A DNA stretch of 64,000 nucleotides from an uncultured Candidatus Rokubacteria bacterium (GTDB taxonomy: Bacteria > Methylomirabilota > Methylomirabilia > Rokubacteriales > DASRDR01), in assembly GCA_963708025.1 (NCBI GenBank), contig CAVPSB010000029.1, forward strand, positions 32,001-96,000. The letters run 5' to 3'. The position numbers were made by a program, and so were the translations under genes. How positions within the stretch are numbered: position 1 is the stretch's first letter; each line of letters begins with the position of its first letter. Positions 58,178-64,000 of the stretch are shown here, one piece after another. Under the pieces are notes generated by a model. That model did no database searches. It saw only the letters and a list, made by a program, of their open reading frames with translations, and was not told the origin of the DNA.

Positions 58178-59379
58178 TTAGTCGCGCAGGAACTTCCGGA
58201 TGGTCTCCCCGGCCTTGGCGACGGCGAGGACGCCGTCCAGGTGGCCGCCGTCCCCCTCGATCTCGACGTACTCGACCGACTTTCCCTCCTTCTTCAGGAG
58301 CGCCATCGCCTGCTTCGAGTAGTCGGGGAACAGCAGCAGGTCCGACGACGCCGGGATCAGGAGGACCCTGGCCTTCACGTCGCGGAGGCCTTCCGGGAGC
58401 GACCCCTTGTGTCCCGTGACGAAGAGCTGATTGGCCTTCACCAGATAGAGGAAGTGGTTGGCGTCGGACACCTTGGCCCGCGCCGCGGCGGTCCTGTCCA
58501 GGACGTCCTCGACCGCGAACTTGTTCTCCCAGCCCCTGGCCGGGTCACGGTCGGCGGCCGCCCACTTGCGACCGAACGCCTTCTCGGCCCAGCCGTAGTG
58601 GCGGGCGTGGAGGGTGACCGTCTTGAGCGCCAGCGCCAGGCCTTCGAGCGGCGCTTCCTTGTCGTAGTAGTCACCCCGGTTCCACCGGGGATCCATGAGG
58701 ATGGGCGCCGCCCAGATGTTGAGCCAGCCGATCATGTAGGCGTTGGCTTCGACGGCGCCGATGACCGGGATGACGCGCTCGACCATGTCGGGATAGGCGG
58801 CGGCCCATTCGAAGCTCTGGAGGGCTCCCATGGAGGCGCCGGTGACGGCGTGGAGCTTCTTGACGCCGAGCGAGTCGAGGAGCGCCTTCTGGACGTTGAC
58901 GAAGTCGCGGATGGTGACGACGGGGAACGTCATCCCGTACGGCCGGCCGGTGTCGGGATCGATCGAGGCCGGACCGGTGGTGACGGTGTTCGGTCCTTGG
59001 TGTTGAGGTTCACCAGCGTGTCCGCGCTGATGACGAAGAACCGGTCGGTGTCGATCGGCTTTCCGGACCCGATGATGGCGTCCCAGTAGCCCGGCGCCGC
59101 GTCGCTCGCCTGGTACTTGCCGGCGGCGTGGGAATTGCCGGAGAAGAAGTGGGCGACCAGGACGACGTTGTCCCGGGCGGCGTTCAGCGTCCCGTAGCTC
59201 TCGTAGCCGACGCGGACGTTCTTGATGGTCTGGCCGCCCACCGTGGTGTAGGACGGCATGGTGAAGACCTTCTTCTCCACGGGGCCGTCGTACGCCCAGC
59301 CGGGGGCGGCGACGGCGAGGCCGATCAGCACGAGCGCGAGCGCGGGGAGCGAGCGGGCGGCGTGGACGAGGCGAGTCAT
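58178..59379 (-). CDS. Homoserine O-acetyltransferase-like alpha/beta hydrolase with signal peptide, frameshifted at about 58995
   Basis: GYESYGTLN, HFFSGNSHAAG, GYWD.IIG / FPVVTIRD.V, GASMG, SDLLLFP, GHLDG. Confidence 0.82.
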
Positions 59380-59514
59380 GGGGATTCCTCCACTTCTGTC
59401 CGGCGTCGGACATCCGGGCGGGGCTGCGGCTGGCCCGGACCCTAGCAGACGGCGCGCGCCGATGTCAATGGATCGTCCTGCCGCCCCTCGTGGTCATGAT
59501 CATGGCTCCTTACG

Positions 59515-59530
59515 TGGCATTACTTGTGCA
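59515..59530 (+). promoter_or_regulatory. Possible sigma54 (-24/-12) promoter
   Basis: TGGCAT-N5-GTGCA with correct GG-N10-GC spacing. Confidence 0.35.
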
Positions 59531-59736
59531 CACCGAGACCACTGTGGATCGATCTGGACGAGAGATCCGGAAGCCCGGTCGGTCGCCATCGGTTCGGCGT
59601 CCCCCGTGCGCATGGTGGCACCCCGGTGCACCAGTTCCCGCCTGGGCGGGTAGAGTCTGCGGCCGGAATGGAGGAGTTGGCCATGCCACGGCCCCGACCG
59701 TTGCGGTGGTCCAGCACGTGAAACAGGAGGACAGCC

Positions 59737-60120
59737 ATGCTTCACATCGTTGAGTCGCGCAAGCCGCTGGATCGGGTCGCGAAGGACTTCGTCGAAGCCG
59801 CAGCTCGCCACAAGTTCGGCGTACTGGGCGTTCACGATCTCAAGGCCAAGATGGCCGAGAAGGGCGTGACGTTCGACCACGAGTGCCGGATCTTCGAGGT
59901 CTGCAACCCGCACCAGGCCAAGAAGGTGCTCGACACCAACCTGGCGATCTCGACCGCCCTGCCGTGCCGGGTCTCGGTCTACGAGGAGGGCGGGATCACG
60001 AAGCTCGCCACGATCAAGCCGACGGCCATGATCGCGCTGTACGGGAACCCTGAGCTCAAGGGAGTCGCCGAGGACGTGGAGACGACCCTCGACCGGATCA
60101 TGGCGGAGGCCGCCCAATAG
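59737..60120 (+). CDS. DUF302 domain protein
   Basis: FGVL..HDL, IFEVCNP, LPCRVSVYE; AGGAGG RBS. Confidence 0.9.
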   Translation: MLHIVESRKPLDRVAKDFVEAAARHKFGVLGVHDLKAKMAEKGVTFDHECRIFEVCNPHQAKKVLDTNLAISTALPCRVSVYEEGGITKLATIKPTAMIALYGNPELKGVAEDVETTLDRIMAEAAQ

Positions 60121-60158
60121 GAGGCCACGGCGGTACCACGCAGCTGACACGGAGGTCC

Positions 60159-60536
60159 GTGATGGAGAGAAACACGGTCCGTGGGACGAACCTCACCGGA
60201 AGACCCCCGTCATGGAAGACGCTGGCCGGCGGACTGTGTGGCGGGCTGAGTGGCATCGCCGCCCTCCCCATCAGCGCGTGGGCGCAGGAGCGCCCGTGGG
60301 GCTGGGGCTGGCATCCGATGTGGGGGGTATGGGGAGCGTGGGGCGTCGGCATGATGCTGTTCATGCTTGCGTTCTGGGTCCTGGTGATCGTGGGCGTGGT
60401 GCTGGGGATCCGTTGGCTGGCGACCCAGGGACGCGAGTCGCGAGCTGACACCGCGCTGGAGATCCTGCGGCAGCGCTACGCGCGGGGCGAGATCAACAAG
60501 GAGGAGTTCGAGGCCAAGAAGCGGGATCTGAGCTGA
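60159..60536 (+). CDS. SHOCT-domain membrane protein
   Basis: GW/GM-rich segment, TM helix, ALEILRQRYARGEINKEEF. Confidence 0.88.
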   Translation: MMERNTVRGTNLTGRPPSWKTLAGGLCGGLSGIAALPISAWAQERPWGWGWHPMWGVWGAWGVGMMLFMLAFWVLVIVGVVLGIRWLATQGRESRADTALEILRQRYARGEINKEEFEAKKRDLS

Positions 60537-60733
60537 TCGGTCTCCGAGGGTCGGTGCACCAGGCGGGGTATGTGGCCAGGTAGGCAGCGCCCCGTCGGTG
60601 GGGCACCGCCGCCCCACCTGCTGTTCGGATGCCCCACTCCCCGCCCTGACCGGGTGCCGGGGCGTCGGTGATCCCCTCCGCCTCGTCAATGCTGGAGGAC
60701 AGTTGGCGGGCCCTTACCGACGCGGGTCCGATC

Positions 60734-60749
60734 TGGCAAGCACTTTGCT
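60734..60749 (+). promoter_or_regulatory. Sigma54 (-24/-12) promoter
   Basis: TGGCAAGCACTTTGCT, close to TGGCAC-N5-TTGCW with exact spacing. Confidence 0.6.
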
Positions 60750-60791
60750 CGAACCATGATCGACATGCGTTTCGGACGAGGTGCTCCAGCC

Positions 60792-61016
60792 ATGCGCGCC
60801 GCGGGGTTCATTGCCCTGCTCCTCATCGCGGCCTCGATCCCCTGCCTTGTCCATGCCGATTCCGGTGACTCCGATGATCTCTGCCTCAGCTTCGGCCCGC
60901 TCGTCGGGCCGATCGCGGTGCCCCTCCTTCTCCCGGCCGGTGACTCTCACGCGGCTCCCGTGACCGTTCACCAGGCCGTGCCGGTCAACCTGCCCGTTCC
61001 CCCGCCCGAGGCCTGA
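60792..61016 (+). CDS. Small secreted/membrane protein with Cys/His residues and Pro-rich C-terminus (putative leader)
   Basis: Signal-like FIALLLIAASIP, CLVHAD..DDLC, C-terminal LPVPPPEA. Confidence 0.5.
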   Translation: MRAAGFIALLLIAASIPCLVHADSGDSDDLCLSFGPLVGPIAVPLLLPAGDSHAAPVTVHQAVPVNLPVPPPEA

Positions 61017-61133
61017 CGCCCCCGGACCCGCGCGCTCGAACGCGCGGGTGAACCGACTCGAACGACACAGGCCGGCGCCGCGCCGCGCGCCGCCGGCCAT
61101 CCGAGGGCCATCTCGGGCGCAAAGGGGGCGCTG

Positions 61134-62075
61134 GTGTTCGATCACCATGAAGTCCGCCCGGCTCGCCGACCGGCCGCACGGCCGGTCCGGACGACGGGTC
61201 GGGGTCTGCTCGTCGCGGTGGCGACGCTCGCCGTCCTGGGCACCGCCGGGGCGGGGGCGCAGACGCCGCCTCACGGGATGCCGGGGTCGCTGCCGGGCCC
61301 CGGCGCGGAGATGGCCCACGACCGGCCCTTCTACCGGGAGGGGACGTTCCACGCGCTCGTCGGCGCCGTCCTGATCGGCGGCGCCCTCGTCGCCTACCGG
61401 TTCCTACGTTCCCGGCCGCGCTGGCGTGCCAGGCCGGCCGGGTTCGTGAGCGAGGCCGTCCTGGCGGTCAACCTCATGGACTCCACCCACCTGGCGACGC
61501 ACTACGGCGAGGCGGTGGCCCTGCGTGCGCGGAATGCCCTGGAGGAACAGGTTCGCCGCCTGACCGAGGCGACGCGCGCGTTCCTCGAGACGACCGGCGA
61601 CGGCTGCCTCGTGACGTTCCCGGCCGTGACGCCCGCGCTCGAGTCGGCCGTCGCGCTCGTCCGGGAGCGGCACGAGGGGCCGACCGACCTGGGGCCGGCA
61701 GGCCGGCTCGAGGTCCGGGTCGGCGTGACGTACGGCGAGATCCTCCTCGACGCGCGCGGTGTCCGCCATGGCACCGCCATCAACAAGGCCTATCGGCTCC
61801 TCAGCGTGAAGGCCAAGGATCTCGTCGAGCTGAAGGGCGACGCCGAGGGGACGGCGCTGTCCGAGCGGACCCGGATCCTGGTCGATGAGGACGCGGCGCA
61901 GGAGGTGGGCCGCACCGTGGGACTCGGGTTCGTCGGTTACGCCCGGCTGAGGGGCTTCACCGGCCTCCACGGTCTGTACGAGGCGAGATGGCGGGCTGGC
62001 ACCCAGCCGACCCCGCCCGCCGGCGCCGCGGACCCGCAGGGCCGGGCCTCCGGCCCGCACGGAGGCATCCTGTGA
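61134..62075 (+). CDS. Membrane-anchored class III adenylate/guanylate cyclase-like protein (degenerate)
   Basis: V.LMDST, TGDG.L..F, RVGVTYGE, G.AINKAYRL, LRGF. Confidence 0.7.
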   Translation: MFDHHEVRPARRPAARPVRTTGRGLLVAVATLAVLGTAGAGAQTPPHGMPGSLPGPGAEMAHDRPFYREGTFHALVGAVLIGGALVAYRFLRSRPRWRARPAGFVSEAVLAVNLMDSTHLATHYGEAVALRARNALEEQVRRLTEATRAFLETTGDGCLVTFPAVTPALESAVALVRERHEGPTDLGPAGRLEVRVGVTYGEILLDARGVRHGTAINKAYRLLSVKAKDLVELKGDAEGTALSERTRILVDEDAAQEVGRTVGLGFVGYARLRGFTGLHGLYEARWRAGTQPTPPAGAADPQGRASGPHGGIL

Positions 62076-64000
62076 GCGACACGCATCGGGGACGGATGGA
62101 CAGCCCGCCCGCCGGCCGCGGCAACATCAGCCGCTGGTCCATCGAGCATCCCTACGCGATCATCGCCTTCTACCTCGGCGTGGCGCTGCTCTCCCTGCTG
62201 GTGGTCGTCGTCCAGATGCCGCGGCGCATGATGCCCTACGTCGAGAGTCCGCTGGTCGGCGTCGTCTCGATGATGCCGGGGCTCTCCGCCGAGGAGATGG
62301 AGATCTACTTCTCCAAGCCCATCGAGGAGCGGATGGTGGACCTCAAGAACGTCCACTTCGTCCGCTCGACCTCCCAGGAGGGGTTCTCGATCGTCACCGT
62401 GGAGTTCTGGTACGGCACCGACATGAGGAAGGCGCTGTTCGACGTCCAGTCGCTGATGAACGTCGTCCAGGCCGACCTCCCCATGACGGGGGCGAACCTC
62501 AAGCCGTCGTGGGTCCTGGCGATCGACCCCCTGAACATCCCGGTCCTGTCGCTGGCCGTCACCGGGGAGGGCTACGAGCCCGTGCAGCTCCGCACGCTGG
62601 TCGAGAACGAGGTGGTCAACCGCCTGAAGGTCGTCAAGGACGTCTACTCGGTGGTGCCGTTCGGCGGGCAGAAGCTCCAGATGCAGGTGCTCGTCGACCG
62701 CGAGCGGCTCGCGGCCTACCGGATGTCGCTCCCCGACCTCAAGCGCATGCTCGACATGCAGAACCAGTCCCGGCCGGCGGGGACGCTCACGTTCCAGGAC
62801 CGCGAGATCCTGGTCCGGACCGACGCCCGCGCCCGCGCTCCCGAGCAGGTCGCCGCCTACCCGATCGGCAGCATGGAGGGCCGGACCGTCTACCTGCGAG
62901 ACGTCGCGGAGGTCGTGAACGGCCCCCGCGAGCAACGCAGCCTCTACCGCTTCAACGGGAAGGAGGCCATCGAGATCTCGGTCGTCCAGCAGCCGGACGC
63001 CAGCTCGGTGCGGGTGATCGAGGGCGTCAAGGCCAAGCTCGCGGAGATCCAGCGTGACTTCCCCGGGCTCCGGTTCGAGGTGGCCTACGACAACGCCACG
63101 TTCGTCGGCTATCTCATGCGGAACATGGTCGAGGAGCTGGTGGTGGCGGTGCTCCTCACCGGGCTGGTGGTCCTCGTCTTCCTGGGGAACGTCCGGGGCA
63201 CGCTCATCTCGGTCGTGACCATTCCGATCTCGCTCGGCATGGCCCTGCTGGCGATGGTGCCCTTCGGCATGACGCTGAACAGCTCGACCCTCATCGGGCT
63301 CCTGCTCTCGATCGGGCGGCTGGTGGACGACTCGATCATCGACCTCCACTCGATCGAGCGCCACCTGCGGATGGGGAAGTCGCCGAAGGACGCCGCGGTG
63401 GACGGGATCACCGAGGTCCGGCTGGCCGTCCTGGCCATCACGCTCATGGTCTGCGTGGCGCTCCTGCCCCTGGCCTTCTCGGGCGGCATCGTGCAGTACA
63501 TGTTCGAGGGGATCGTCTGGCCGATCGTCTTCGCCCTGCTCGCGTCGGCCGTGGTCTCGTTCACCCTGACCCCGCTCCTGGCCGCGCACCTCTTCGGCCC
63601 GCACGGCGACGGGACGCGGGCATCGCGGCTCCAGCGCTGGGTGCTCGACCCCTCGCAGCGGCTCCTGGACCGGCTCGAGACCCGCTACCGCGGGGGCCTC
63701 GGGTGGGCGCTCCGCAATCGCTTCCTGGTGCTGGCCGGCGCGGTCGCGACGATCCTGGTCGGGGTCGCGCTCTACCCGCGGATCGGCAGCGAGATGATGC
63801 CGCTGGCCGACGTCTCCCAGGCGTACGCGCTGCTGGAGGCGGCGCCGGGGACCTCGTTCGCCCGGACGTCCGACATCGCGGCCGAGGTGGAGCGCCTGCT
63901 CCTCCGGCAGCCGGAGGTGGTCAAGGTCTCCTCGGAGGTCGGCTTCGAGCCGGGCGGCACCTACTTCACCGGCTACAGCATGGGGGCCGTCAATGCCGCC
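62072..64000 (+). CDS. RND efflux permease (AcrB/CusA family), 3'-truncated by the window
   Basis: Manual frame from GTG 62072: ISRWSIEHP, PG.SAEEME, S.EGFS.V.VEF, IPISL, IG.LVDDSI. Confidence 0.9.
   Translation, partial: MSDTHRGRMDSPPAGRGNISRWSIEHPYAIIAFYLGVALLSLLVVVVQMPRRMMPYVESPLVGVVSMMPGLSAEEMEIYFSKPIEERMVDLKNVHFVRSTSQEGFSIVTVEFWYGTDMRKALFDVQSLMNVVQADLPMTGANLKPSWVLAIDPLNIPVLSLAVTGEGYEPVQLRTLVENEVVNRLKVVKDVYSVVPFGGQKLQMQVLVDRERLAAYRMSLPDLKRMLDMQNQSRPAGTLTFQDREILVRTDARARAPEQVAAYPIGSMEGRTVYLRDVAEVVNGPREQRSLYRFNGKEAIEISVVQQPDASSVRVIEGVKAKLAEIQRDFPGLRFEVAYDNATFVGYLMRNMVEELVVAVLLTGLVVLVFLGNVRGTLISVVTIPISLGMALLAMVPFGMTLNSSTLIGLLLSIGRLVDDSIIDLHSIERHLRMGKSPKDAAVDGITEVRLAVLAITLMVCVALLPLAFSGGIVQYMFEGIVWPIVFALLASAVVSFTLTPLLAAHLFGPHGDGTRASRLQRWVLDPSQRLLDRLETRYRGGLGWALRNRFLVLAGAVATILVGVALYPRIGSEMMPLADVSQAYALLEAAPGTSFARTSDIAAEVERLLLRQPEVVKVSSEVGFEPGGTYFTGYSMGAVNAA

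Overview
This is a very GC-rich bacterial window with about 60 genes. Gene content suggests a Rokubacteria/Methylomirabilota-like soil organism, but that is inference only. No rRNA, tRNA, CRISPR array or transposase was recognised. Several single-base frameshifts suggest indel-prone long-read assembly. Main points: (1) An operon of PfkB kinase-HAD fusion, NTP transferase, ITPK1-like ATP-grasp protein and CDP-alcohol phosphotransferase (7354-11777) looks like an inositol/polyol salvage route to a CDP-activated head group. It is preceded by a small membrane ORF ending in a RAPP ribosome-arrest-like motif and two strong hairpins. (2) A UGSC-type selenoprotein is hidden by an in-frame TGA (38289-38813). 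(3) Two dispersed intergenic repeat families share a nested ~20-nt GGCC-GAA-GGCC mini-hairpin module. (4) A stand-alone A-T-C NRPS-like gene has a non-canonical C-domain motif. (5) Several 'headless' gene tails lie just behind other genes' stop codons (MFS behind vapBC, msrB behind iorB, amidohydrolase behind a 2.55-kb block). (6) There is a candidate sRNA, and a sigma54-type promoter with a Cys/His, Pro-rich leader ORF ahead of a cyclase-like gene and an RND pump.
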